From Antedon mediterranea (taxonomy: Eukaryota > Animalia > Echinodermata): 64,000 bases of DNA. Position 1 is the first letter of the stretch, and each line of letters opens with the position of its first letter. The notes below the pieces were generated by a model. The model was not told the DNA's origin, did no database searches, and saw nothing but the letters and a program-made list of their open reading frames with translations. The DNA is taken from positions 1,766,201 to 1,830,200 of the forward strand of contig NC_092679.1 of the NCBI RefSeq assembly GCF_964355755.1, written 5' to 3'. This document shows, one piece after another, positions 1 through 12,688 of this stretch. The position numbers were made by a program, and so were the translations under genes.

Positions 1-2433
1 TAGTTTTAATGTAGGAAGAGTACAGAATGATGTATCTGATAAATAAATTATGTCAACAATTGTGAATTACTACTATTGTGAAAGGCTTGCTAAATATTAA
101 ACTACGAACGATAATGGTGACACTTTTTGCGTAAACAAATTATTGTTGTTCAGGCTGAATATTTTTATAGGTGTTTTAATTTTAAGGTTATAATTATCAA
201 TTTGTTTTGTATTCAAAGTATTTTATTTTTAGAACGCACCAATTTATTTTGCGCCACTTTAGAAAATAAATACATGTACTTGAATCGTGCTTGAATTATC
301 GTGTTTGCCGCCCTCTACATTCAAACAGAAAGGTCAACATTTTAGTAGGCGTATCGCGACATCAGATCAGCACATACAAACAATTTCAATTCAAGATTTC
401 ATATTGTAAATATTCGTATAGGAAAAATTGAATTATTTTAATTCTATTAATAGGTTTTAAACTTAATAATCCCTTAATAATTATGTGAGTTTCAGGCCCA
501 CTCAGGAATGAGTCATGCACCCCCAAAATTCCCACTGCGGTGCGGTGGAATTCATCGTAACACCCACCTGACAATTAAAAACAAACCGTATTAAATTACT
601 CAATAATGTTTTTTTCAATTATTTACAGGTAACGGAATAGTACAGTACCTTCTGTAAATATTTAGTTGATCCAAACCATTACATCTATTGCGTGATTTAA
701 ATATCTCAAAATTCTGATTACAACCAATTATAGAGTCCCTTCTTTTGGACACACCCCCTTTTCAGGGACAGCTAACTCTATTAAAAGACACTTCTATATG
801 AAACGAGCATGTGAAAACTTAAGGAAACGGCCTTAACGGGTATTCTACTGTATCTTTCTGTATTTATTTTGTAACTTTCCATCCATTAGTAAATAACCAA
901 AAAAGACTAAACACGTTTATTACTTTTCCTCAAAAAGGACTGAGACATTTATTTTTCCTTTTGCATGTACAGATCTGGTATTAACCTTTGACCTTTGACC
1001 AAGCAATAACCTTGCTAAATAATTCCGGTAGTTACAATTGTATACTGTACAACAAAATTCTTTGATATAGTCAATGCTATCAATGCAGAAGTCAAAGTCA
1101 GTTAAATTAGTAAAATTGTAATATTTCACTAATTATCTTTGTAAAATATTCTACCAAAAAGTACTTAATGATTTATAAAAAGAATTACAATATTTGACTA
1201 CAAATTTGCATAAGAATAACAGATTGAAATCAATAGATTAGGTGTAGGAGATAAATTAATAAATATGATTAGAATAGACAATGATTTTGATGATAGAATC
1301 AACAGTTTCTTACATAAAAAAGTTTTTTGGATAAATGTTTAAATAATCTTTGGCTACCTACCAATTTAAGGTAAAATAGGTTCCTCAAATGGCATAGTAA
1401 TCTCACAAACATACACTTCAGAACACTAAACATTATAAAAAGGCAGTGGTTTTTATAAGGCTACAACCTGATTTAAAAACAAATCAAGTAAAAAATTCAT
1501 TTTATTCATCAATTTATAATAAATATGACTGATTAAACGAAAATAAATAAAGAGTTTATACTACATATATTAAATATCATGATCTCATCATTTTATATTG
1601 TGTATAATATTAAGAAATGACCAATCAACCACTATCATATTCCGATTGGCTAATAGTCTTATGACAATGATGTAATATCTATTTTTAGTAACAAGTCTCA
1701 ATCTCAGCAATTTGAGATGAGTTTTTCTGGCAATACCGATGAATTTAAAAGAAACGTCAAGATGAATAATTGTGAATCACATTTCCTACTTAAAAACTAT
1801 TCAAGGTTGACAAGAGAATAAATTATTATTTGAAAGCACATCGAATAAAACACCAAATATCAAGCCTTTTTACAAACATACATTTTAAACTACACCTAAC
1901 AATTCAACTTTTCATTAAATACTTTTTAACCATGCTTTAAATCATATTTTTATCATAGCATACACTCCAAATATTGCACATGCAAAAAAAACAAAACCAA
2001 AAACATCCTTTCAAATGTTTTTAAATAAAATATTATTAACACACACATTTATATTCACAAATTTCTTGGCAGATATCTTTCTAGCAGTATACCCGTAAGA
2101 TCCCTATAGCCTAAATTACACTACATTTCATGTGCAATATTTTTAAAATAATTATCGCTAAGAAAGTACAATGTAATAAGTGTTTGCCCCAGAAATCAAT
2201 CTATCTATCATAGATGACAAAAATCTACCAGTAAGAATACTGAGCAACCAATAGTTCAGAAAAACCTAAGTGTTCGTAATCAGTTGAATTGTTCTGTGAT
2301 TATAAAAAAGTTCACAAATTTATCCGACATCTGTTTGCACTTGAAAGGTTTTAAACAAGCTAGGCTGTAAAGCTGGGTCTGCCATACTAGGCTGTATAGC
2401 CAGGGTCCTGATACGCTAGGCCTACAGTCAGAC

Positions 2434-2814
2434 CTATAACTGAAGCAGAGTTCTGCTTGACTCTGGACTTGACATTGACACCTCACTGCTGCTGCCCCCA
2501 GACTCGATTTTTATCATTTCAGATCCGCACGACGGGCTAATGACACCGTTACTGATGGTCTTGGTGGCGCAGGTCTCGCTGAAGCTGAATACGGACGCTG
2601 TAGGCGTCACAATCTCTGTTGTGGGGGTTTCCAGACTACTCGTGGTGATGGTACGGGTTGTTGGCGTGGGATTCGGTTCATCTTCCATGGGCTTATGTAT
2701 CTTGCACATGGCGCGATGAGCTTCCAAGATAAATTCTAACTGCTCTTTTTGTTGTTGTAGTTTTGAAATCTCCTGTTCCAATGTAGCATTACTTTCTTCC
2801 CATTCTTCAGTTTC
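2434..2814 (-). CDS. fos: Fos-family bZIP transcription factor, last coding exon (leucine zipper plus C-terminal tail)
   Basis: Acceptor tgacag| then ETEEWEESNATLEQEISKLQQQKEQLEFILEAH (c-Fos: [33 protein letters not shown]); ends SSRTLLQL* like the Fos C-terminal PTLLAL; 381 nt, phase 0. Confidence 0.9.
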   Translation of the reverse strand, partial: ETEEWEESNATLEQEISKLQQQKEQLEFILEAHRAMCKIHKPMEDEPNPTPTTRTITTSSLETPTTEIVTPTASVFSFSETCATKTISNGVISPSCGSEMIKIESGGSSSEVSMSSPESSRTLLQL

Positions 2815-2969
2815 CTGTCAAATTTAAATAAATAATAATTAGCATTTTAAACTAACATAGATATTATCAACATGTTAAGCATGTTTTTTTTCCATTTCTT
2901 AGATTTAGATTTATAATATTTATTTATTTACAGTTTTTATATACATCAACCATTGGTCATATCATTTAC

Positions 2970-3077
2970 CTGTACTAAGTAATTAGTGTGGTCCACTCTT
3001 CTCTGCCTACACTTTGCGGCAGCTACCTTGTTTCTCTCTCTGCGAACCTTTCTTTTGTCTCGCTCGTCTTTCGATAA
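2970..3077 (-). CDS. fos: Fos-family bZIP, basic-region exon
   Basis: 108-nt phase 0/0 exon (ttttag| ... CAG|gtaaat) encoding LSKDERDKRKVRRERNKVAAAKCRQRRVDHTNYLVQ; same size and content as the basic-region exon of vertebrate Fos genes. Not in the ORF track. Confidence 0.92.
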
Positions 3078-4197
3078 CTAAAAAAAAGATAAACAAGAAA
3101 AATAATCAATTTGATCTTTTAACCAGACCTTATGAACACAACAACAACACAAAGTGTACAACAACAGTACACACTTTGGGAAAAGGCAATTATTTCTTTA
3201 ACAAAGAACTTCCTATATGGTCGTTCTTTTATGCACACAACAATATCAAGTGGCTTATATTGTTTGAATATTAATTTTCTTTCTTTACAAAGCACACACT
3301 ATCTGGTCAAGGCTAGTGAACAACTTGAATACTATTATCTTACGACGGAACATGTTATATATCTTGCGGGTAGGAAAATAAACTGTAAAAACAATGGCTA
3401 TACAGTGTGTGTACAATAACAGCTCGGTGTATTGTTTAAAAAACAGTATTATTTCAAAAGGAAAGAATCTCTCTGAATATTTGAACCTACGTCACACTAT
3501 TCTCCGTATGTTGATATTACATATATGGGCATGAATGAACTTCTTAAAAGAGGGTAGCAACAGGGAGTTGTGCTTAGCAACAATAATATTTATAAAATAA
3601 TACACCTGAAAATTCTAGAAATTAAGGATATTTTATATAACAATTGAGAAAGGCCTAATAAATTTTACTTAATTAAAGTGATAAAATTAAATATATTGGC
3701 TTATTTTTCCGTTTATGCCAATTACTTTATCATGGATTGTGTTTAATAATAATATAATTATTTGTGTGTTTTTCGTAAAATGGAGCAACTTTATTATATA
3801 AACAATATTTGTGTTAGTCTGTGTTAGAACATTGGGGTAAATAATGTTTTACCTCTATGGTTAGAAGAGCATCACAATTCTTACAGTAATATCACAATAT
3901 GCCATGTTTCATATCTTTCAAGGCCATATAAAATGTCAATACAGTACAGTATAGCATGGCATGCCTGCAGATTTGACGTGGGAGGGACAACGTACAAGGT
4001 CAGCGTATGAGAAAACAAAACAGGAACACGTTAGGTAATACCGTAAACGTGCTTCTGTTTGTGAATCAAAATTACGTTCAAATGCAATTTAAGATTACAG
4101 ATAACCATATTATAGGTACAGTAGTTAAACGAACTTGAATCTTGAGCAATTTGATTGATAAATTGAGCATTGATGCCGATGAAGGTATGGAGGTTAC

Positions 4198-4203
4198 CTC
4201 CAT
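4198..4203 (-). CDS. Candidate first coding exon of Fos (ATG GAG then GT donor)
   Basis: ATG GAG|gtaacc is phase 0, compatible with the 2970-3077 exon, and lies about 140 nt downstream of a TATAAATA box; an alternative phase-0 donor CAA|gttcgt would give MEVTSIPSSASMLNLSIKLLKIQ. No homology support. Confidence 0.35.
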
Positions 4204-4342
4204 TATGAAGGTATTTCGCTTAGGATTGAAAAGTGTGGCACAATATTTATTATTAAAGCGGTGTGTCTTTCTGCGTTTCTCACAAGAATACCGGTACTAT
4301 ATACGTTTATATTTACTTTTGCTTAAAAATGACTAGGCCTTA

Positions 4343-4820
4343 TATTTATATGTGTTGTGTTGGCAGGTAAATCAAATCTAAGCACGGGCGCAGGTTACGT
4401 TAATATGTGAAATTCTCGACGCTATTTTAAAAAACGTTTTAATGTGATTCATGTGCTTTAAAAAGAACTCACTTTTAACCTAATTCACGTGGAAATACTT
4501 ATTTGTCTATTAGACATGCATGTTCTGCATGCAAAAATAAACTTTGACAGCGATTCTATTTCCGGACCTGGGTCGCGTGACACCAAACCCGCTGAGACCG
4601 CTCTTAGCAGGTATAATGTTTACTTTCCGACGGAACAATAGTCGATATTAAGTGACGTCACTGTCACTGAACAAAGTTTACACGCTGTAAACCAATGAAT
4701 ACATTCTACGTCAAAATGAAAATCACAATATAATGTATTTGTATAGATCTCTTATTGAGGATAAACCCACGTGATCAAATGACGCGCTCGGGTGAATATA
4801 AAGCGGAATATCGTAAATAC

Positions 4821-4851
<31 letters not shown>

Positions 4852-4860
4852 TGACGTTGT
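4343..4860 (-). promoter_or_regulatory. Putative Fos proximal promoter: TATA box plus CRE cluster
   Basis: TATAAATA (minus strand) at 4343-4350; full CRE TGACGTCA at 4653-4660; TGACG/CGTCA half-sites near 4709, 4780 and 4852; locally CpG-rich. Confidence 0.5.
4823..4850. repeat. (AAT)n microsatellite
   Basis: About 9 perfect AAT units. Confidence 0.9.
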
Positions 4861-6100
4861 TAGGCATAATAATGCATTGTTTAAACCAGGGAGTGGTCAA
4901 TTAATTTATCTAATTACAACTATTTGACATATGATATAAAATGTTATATTAATAATTGGGAAATAATTTAGATGTCATGGTTATTTTTATTATCAATAAT
5001 GTGACAATAATTTGCCGTTTTATTGTCATGGCGATGGTGGCGTTTAACAAATAACTATAAAATAAGTTTTATTTATTTATTAATACCATCATTAGGTATA
5101 TAAAATACCATTTAGGTAGGCCTAACAATTGGAGGAATGTTGGGGTGTTTTTTTTTCAATTAAAAAAAAATCTTTCATAATGATTATGTGCTCAGCAGAG
5201 AAGACTTAGATTTTAAATAACCAAAAACATTGCAAACAAAATTGTCAACTTTAGACCTTTATCAACATATTTATGTTAAGATGTAGGACTACTACCGGTA
5301 AAATTAAATAAAATATGGTAATTTTCCTTTTTGATCTTTAGTACACCAATCATCAATGCCATATTTTGAACAACAATTTTTAATTATACATCCATATATG
5401 AAAAATGAACGATATCATTATTAAAATATACATTGCACAAATCGGGAAAGGCTATCACGTGATCATAATAAGACAAGGAAATAAACACATACTATGATTT
5501 ATATTTGTTTATACTGTACATAACTTGCTGCAACCCGTATTAGGTTGATGAGACCAGCATTGGGTGGTACGTATTCTTCTCTTTGATTTTATTAGAATAC
5601 AAATTCGCTTTTCATTACAGTTCCGCTTTGAGTTTGGTAAGGTACAAAGCGGACACATTAAAATGTTACGAACAAAAGTGCAGTTAAATTGTATCCAGAG
5701 AGTACATAACTCCCTGGTATATCTAGGTCTGTAGCTCATATAGCTATATATGAAAAATAGCCGCCCGGCTGAAAATATACTGATACCTAGGAGTCACAGA
5801 TAGCCATTGTTTTAATTTATTAGTCGACGTAATATTGTAATATTCACCAAAATTGTAGTCCGGTAGTTTTTACGAAATAAACCGTGTTTGCGATAGCAGT
5901 ATTCCTGAGCGAGGTCGTACAGTATTATTTCACCGTTTTACTTCCGTGTATCCTACCCTGGATGCGGTTAGATAGAAATACTGTATTGGTGACCAACAAC
6001 AATAAGTAGGCCTAACTATTTTTCTTACTTTCTTCCAAATAACAAACAATCATGTGTATTGCCTCCTGCCGGCACTCTTTATGAGACAGCAAATTAGCAC

Positions 6101-6150
6101 CGCCCCCCCCCCCCACCCCCCACCCCCCACCCCCCACCCCCCATCCCCCA
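6101..6150 (-). repeat. (GGGGGGT)n G-rich tract on minus strand, G-quadruplex-forming potential
   Basis: Plus strand is C-runs of 5-12 nt separated by 1-2 nt spacers. Confidence 0.8.
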
Positions 6151-7923
6151 TGTGTTCCGGTTTGTCCAAATAAACGATTAGCAGAACATTTATTTGCTTC
6201 TTACTCTAAACTATAAATCATTTGCACTGTACTGTATAACGTCGAGACAAAGAAATGCACATTTCAAATGATTACCACGCTCCATTAAACCCACCACCTC
6301 TTCACACGCTATATATATACCGTGTCAATGGTAACTTCCTTCCGTCCCCCTCTCGGAATAAAAATACAGTATGTACATGACCAAATCAATTTCTAGACTA
6401 TAGAGATACTCAACTGTACGTAAAGAAACGATTGAAGTGTAACTAAATTCTATGTCCTAACGTTAATTATAGTCCACCGCGCATGTTCAACATTTATAAT
6501 AAATGTTGTGTGTATGAGAGTAGGCTTTGTACACTACTGTGTATCTTTGGTATAATAGAAATCAAGCGCTAACTATACACGCTAGTTTTTAGCAATTAAG
6601 TATCTACTAAACATACTAAACTTACCTGTTGGTTCTGTCCCCTTCTCGTCAGTAACAGAATTATTGAAATGTGTAAATTTACTATAATATATGAAATGTG
6701 TTTTATATTTGCGAAACGCCCACAAATAAAGAGCACTCGGCAGCCCCTCCCGGAGAACAAAACAAAAGATACGCATCAATGATTTCAATCTGTATGAGTC
6801 ATTCTGAGTAGGCAGTTAGGGAATCCCTATAATCAATAGAGCGAATCAATATTTTGTTCGCGCCGCGGCAACTGTGTTGTTTTGATGATGTAATAGCAAC
6901 AATAATACACTATCACATATTTAAGGAAACGTTTTCGAACAGTTAATGAATTCATTGTCATAAAATATATATTTGTCAACATTGTATGACTCAAACTTAG
7001 CTAAAATAAATTACCGAAAATGGTAAAAAATTAAATCCTACCGTTTTTTCGTCATTTACAAAATAACGCTCTGCTACCGACCGCGCCTTCTCTACTGGAC
7101 TGCATGATTTGCGATTTTTACTTTACGGTAGGCTACCTAAAAATAAAATATCTTTTCGATCCTGGACATATACTCACTGCACATTCCGAAAACAACATTA
7201 GGCCTATTCAAAAATCATGTTTTCAGAACCAAAGTAAAATTTGGATATGAATAAAACTAAATTTCCGATAGGTTCTCTCTTTCTTTGATGCGATGTGACC
7301 TCCATGCTGGGTACGTATGCTCGAATGGAATGTTAAGCGTAGGCAAGCCCGAGGTATGAGGGAACCCTTATGTGAAAAGGTGACTCATTACGTTTACCAT
7401 CAAGTGTATGTAGGTGTATTCCGTTCCATAGGATTAATAAACATAGACACAACACACGTATAAATAGCGACCATTTTCCTGGGCAACCCACACACGTGAC
7501 AAAAATGTTTATTTTAAATTTACTGTAGATACAAAAAAAACAAAACAAAACAATTGCGTTTATTACCATATCAACTAGTCGGTAACTTGGAAGATGCCTG
7601 CTGCATATTTGAATATATAAATATGACCATATTTTACTTTGATCATACCGATTACTAAATTAGCACGTGTGATAATACGAAAATGATGAGTAAAAGCAGA
7701 CCTTTACCTTTAATAAAGCTTTGTACCCCACTTAACGTAAGCCCAACGCTAGTAATTTGACCAATCACTAACGATGGGTTATTTAAACTTTCGCCTGCCA
7801 TTGGTCAACTGGCCATATACCGTGGTCTTGTGGAATTTCTCGCTAGAGGACATTGCACTTTGTGTGACTAACGATGACGAGTACAATTTCATTAAGAAAT
7901 TTAAAAAAAAAACACGAATAACT

Positions 7924-8265
7924 AAATCCGGTTCAACGATCTACGTCGTCAATGTTTACATTATAATTGGTTCTTGGAGCTGTGTTCATTAATATGTAAT
8001 TTACTGTGTACAATGCGCACGGCAATGTAGACATGAGTTTGCGCGTGGATACGTACGACGTCATATCGAAGCGCGCGAACTTGCAAAATCCGGTTCAACG
8101 ATCTACCTTGTCAATGTTTACAATGTTTATAATTTGTCATTGACGCTTAAATGTTCATTAACATGTACGGTAGTTTACTATGCACACAATGCTCATGGCA
8201 ATCTACCAATTTGAGTACCGGTATGCGCGCGACTGATATGACGTCATCTCGACGCGCGCGAACTT
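7924..8265. repeat. Imperfect direct duplication (two units of about 160-180 bp), each with a CRE-like site
   Basis: aaatccggttcaacgatctac at 7924 and 8086; both units end gcgcgaactt; CGACGTCA 8056-8063 and TGACGTCA 8239-8246. Confidence 0.8.
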
Positions 8266-8805
8266 AAATTAAAAAATATAAAATGTGTAATATAATTGTA
8301 ATGTAATATAATTTTTGTATTTAAGACAGGACCACGATGCAAAACCGGTTTCTTTTATCTGATTGTGTAATCCTGTATAAAGATAAATAAATATAATAAT
8401 TTTAATAAATACCTACATTATTAACAAACAAAAAATATGCTCGTAACCCTACCTGGTAATCCACTTGCACTTAAAGTGTTTACGATGTGATTTGTTTATA
8501 TTGACTCCACTTATATTGAATAGCCTATCACAAATTCGGCTGTCAGCATTGAGCGGATGGTGCATTTTCAAAAATAGAATATGAGGGTTGATATTTGTCT
8601 CGTGACTTGTTTTAATTGGTTGTTTTGAATTTAGTATTTTTAGTGTAGTTATCATCATCAACATGTGGTTTCTACGTAACTTCTTGTTTATTGTGATCCG
8701 TGGAGTTTACAAGAAACTTATGGGAATTGGCTAATGATTCGGAAAATTGTATGCGCACTATTGCCTGGTATCGTACCCTCGATCCATGTTCATGAATAAT
8801 TCTAA

Positions 8806-8958
8806 AGCTCTGTCTACTATTAAAATAGTTTGACAAAATAGTGTGATGTCACTCCCCAAGTATAGGAGTGACATGCCCAAATATAGTAGTGCTATGACAT
8901 CATCATGTCCATATAGGGGCAAATCACATTTTTTTTGTCACAAAAGTTTGACAGGGCT
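8806..8958. mobile_element. PIF/Harbinger-type MITE (family A) copy
   Basis: AGCTCTGTCTAC... terminal inverted repeats, TAA target duplication, shared internal sequence. Confidence 0.75.
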
Positions 8959-9118
8959 TAAAAGAATTTCTGTTTAGAAACAATACATAATCAACTTAAT
9001 CAATCAATTTACATGAAAGTCCTAATACTTTCTAAATTTATTTACTATCGTCTTTTTTGGAAATGGTTATAAGTTTATCCACCACGCGCACCAAAAAATA
9101 AATAAATAATAAATAAAT

Positions 9119-9490
9119 AACCTTTCCTTATTTTTCACACATTTGGCGCTAAATAACAAAAATATAACCATTCACACATGACTATGATGATCGTTTGAAT
9201 TGAATTGTTAAGGTATAGTGTGAACACGGACAAAAACAACCTTTCCCTTTTTTCACACATGGGGGTTGAAAATAAAAATATAACCTTTTACACACAAAAA
9301 CAAAAACTAATTCTTATATGACTGTGAATTGAATTGTTAAGGAATGTGAACACGGACAAAAAAACAACCTTTGCCTATTTTCACACACAAACAAAAACTA
9401 AGCAACAAACAAACACTAAAACAACAAACAAAAATTAATTCACATGTGACTGTGATGATCGTTTTAATTGTTAAGGAATGTGGACACGGA
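9119..9490. repeat. Degenerate tandem repeat, about 120-bp unit, 3 copies
   Basis: aacctttncctwtttttcacac and tgtgaacacggac recur at about 120-bp spacing. Confidence 0.7.
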
Positions 9491-9831
9491 CTTGGTCATA
9501 AACATTATAATAAATGACATTACGTTTTTAGTGACCGAACCCGGATGTAGATGACCGTTCGTTCACTCACCAACAGGACGTATTATTGCCAAGGTTGTTT
9601 TTTTTTTTTCGATATTACCAGCACATTTTTAATCAATTAAACCGACTATTTAAAAGTATGAAACGGTCTATTCCTCGATCGACAATATCTGAGGATCAGT
9701 TAATATAGGGGAACACGTATACTATACGAAAATAAACAAACATCATTATTGAGCACCTTTAAGTCACTACTCAAAACTCACATTTCCTGATGTTTCTTTG
9801 CAGCGCCATGACTGACGCTATATAAATCGAA

Positions 9832-9832
<1 letters not shown>

Positions 9833-9863
<31 letters not shown>
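9833..9863. repeat. (GATT)n microsatellite
   Basis: About 8 GATT units. Confidence 0.9.
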
Positions 9864-12099
9864 CGGGCCGAAGATGATCGATTTTTAAGAAATAAACATA
9901 TAGAAGTTTTACGGGCGATTTAAAAGCGATTTTAATTGGTTCAGTTTGTTATTTCTGGGCCCAATGACCCTGGGCCTGATCGTCCGTGGTTCAGATCGGC
10001 TAAGTAGTATAAACATAGGGTTCAGTTTAATATTTACTATATAATAGATGATTTGAATTTAGTAGGAAAATCATCATAAAAATACATACAAAGTGATAAC
10101 ATAAATTACTGACATTACAATTATTATTATTAAATATATCTATAAAAGATTTTCCAGGATAGCCCCAAAAGCTTATTAGCTTATTTCCATGGGATCCTTT
10201 TATAATTTAAAATAAAAAATATAAACGAGAAAGTATAACCACACAATAATATAAATACAAAAACAATAATATAATAAAATAAATATAGATGTTGATGAAA
10301 TAAAACGTATCAAAGGGGATAGAATTGTATGAATGAATTTGGTGGGATGAATCGGCAACTCCTAAGAGTCCAAGGACGCGTGGGGATTGAACACAAATTA
10401 CGTCACTGATAATAATCAAACAAATTAAGTACTTTTAATTGATGGTATGAGAATAGGTTGGATTATCGATTGCACGTTCAAATACCGGAAGAGGATATTG
10501 AAGAATAAAACATTTATTTAGTAGCGTACTTAAATCATAATTGGTAGAATTACTTGCCGTAGGCTGGACATTTCTATACCCATTGATGTAGTAATGTAGC
10601 GTATTCATTTTCAGCATAATAAAACGGAAGGAGTAAATTACAAGACGGGCAAAATCGCACGTTCTTATTTTATCGAAAGTGAGATTGCATAAAGTGCAAG
10701 TGAATATATGGTATTCCGATAATTTCTATTTATGTGTTATATTTAATAATGCTTTAAGCATAACTTGCCGTAGGGAGAGGCACGTTGTGCTGTCGTATTA
10801 AAAGTAAGATAAAAATAGTAACTATTTTGAAAGATGTAATATATTTTAAAAATGTATTAATATTTCGTTTCAAGGTATTTCTTCTTTCAAATATAACGTT
10901 AACATTTGACAACAAAAAAGTATTGGAAAAAATGAATAAAAACTTCCGATATAAAAAAAGATATTTTTTAAATATTTTCAAGTGCTCTCACAATAAAGCG
11001 TTTACTTTGTAATGTTTTGTATTTTTTTTTAAATTTCTTTGAATAAATAAAATCAATAGATAATGCCGGAAGCACACAACCTATGTTCCTATCCTTTTTT
11101 TTACAGATACGTACAATTGTAAAACAGATTCTCATGGTTTATCAACATTTTTAGGGCCCATTTTAGAGTTTATAAAACATGAAACACATGGGATACCGTA
11201 TCACGGAATGTGCCTATAATAATAATAATGATGATCCAAATTTAAATACGATACATACCGAGAATCGGCTGATTTGATCTATGCGAAAATAAGTACATAG
11301 GCCTACAAACTTACCCTAAATCAAGGTGATGCGTGTGTAGTAAAGCAGATATGATGTATCGCCTTTAAAACTGTAAACCTACTTTCAACCAGTTAATGAT
11401 TTAAATGATCGACTTATTACTATTACTTCCAATAGTTCCTTTTGTAAGACAAAGGAATTGTTTTTTAAAGACATAAGGAAATCAATTATATCCTGCGTGT
11501 GTAATTGGCTTTGGATTCATATCCCATATAGCAAACCAACAAACAGTAGTGTACGGTAGAATATGATGTAGAAATTGGAATATTGTTTTTGGTTTTTGCA
11601 ATATCATGTAATTAATACAGTATTGTATAACACATTCAATGCGCTTCCTCTTCTCGTTCTTCGCAATATCATACCTTCCGTGGATCGGAAGGAATTACTA
11701 AGCAGCTTCAGGTGTATTACCAATATCTTTTTGTTGTTACTTTGGTAGTTTTTTTCTTTAGGTATAAAGGGCCGCTTTTATGCCATTTCTGCGTTTAAAA
11801 GTCTCTCTTTACAATCCGTTGTGGAAATGCTAACACTATTTTGTTTTATGCATAAAACAGCTCAATGAGCCTCATTAGTTTCTTTACCCTTTCATTGTGT
11901 TTGATAATCAGAAATCGGACGGTTATTAACGATATCCTTATATAGAAGTATCCGAGAAACGATGTCATTAAGACAGTTACGTGATATTAAAGCTAATTAA
12001 TTGTTATAAAAATAAAATGTTTCCATGGTTCATCTTTTTTACCCAAATCTTGGCATTGAACCCTTAGGCCTACTCTGAAGAATGTAGTATTTTTACTAA

Positions 12100-12250
12100 A
12101 GCTCTGTCTACACTATCAAACTAGTTTGACCAAAAAGTGTGATGTGCCTAAATATGGTAGTTATATGTCCGAATATGGTAGTGATATGTCCGAATATGGT
12201 AGTGATAAGATGTCATCATGTCATTTGTCATATAAAGTTACTAGACATCT
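12100..12250. mobile_element. Harbinger-type MITE family A copy (degenerate right end)
   Basis: taa|AGCTCTGTCTACACTATCAAACTAGTTTG start; internal 21-bp aatatggtagtgatatg subrepeats. Confidence 0.75.
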
Positions 12251-12688
12251 AAAGTGGCAACGCCGGGCTGAACCTAATCACGAACGAAGAAAAACATCGA
12301 CCCCCATAATCAGCAAAGAGAGGCTATGCCTATAGCAAATTATTAATTCTCAGCTGTTTACTATAAACGGATACTTATCCATAATTGATCACAGAACAAA
12401 ACATCAATTTTGTGGTCAAATATTTACTCTCAGAAATGATGTACATACCGGTAAGGCTTAACCGATTCATTTAGATATACACTTTCTTGTTGATATGAAG
12501 TTTGCGGTACACCATAGGCCTATATTAGTTCTGAAAAAAAAAACCTGTTTCAAACAATATGCTTTGATCTTCCCCAGGAGTGAGAATGTACACGTGACTT
12601 TCTATTATCTAATTTATTTTTTCCTTTTTTCTTCCTGTTGGAAACGTTGATAAAAAAGCATGGGGGATGTACGTTACGCGTAACTTGC

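Noticed and set aside
730-852. Decayed Tc1/mariner-type MITE remnants (similar patches near 18630, 48495, 57830)
   Set aside because: Shared ggacac/gtgtcc and tacagt motifs but boundaries and TIR pairs too degenerate to define.
1300-2430. AU-rich destabilising elements in the Fos 3' UTR
   Set aside because: Expected biologically and one UUAUUUAUU is present (1542-1550), but not distinguishable from background in such AT-rich DNA, and the UTR end is unknown.
10140-10700. Possible decayed LINE 3' end on the minus strand
   Set aside because: A hairpin-like tail is suggestive but no convincing RT-related peptide could be read.
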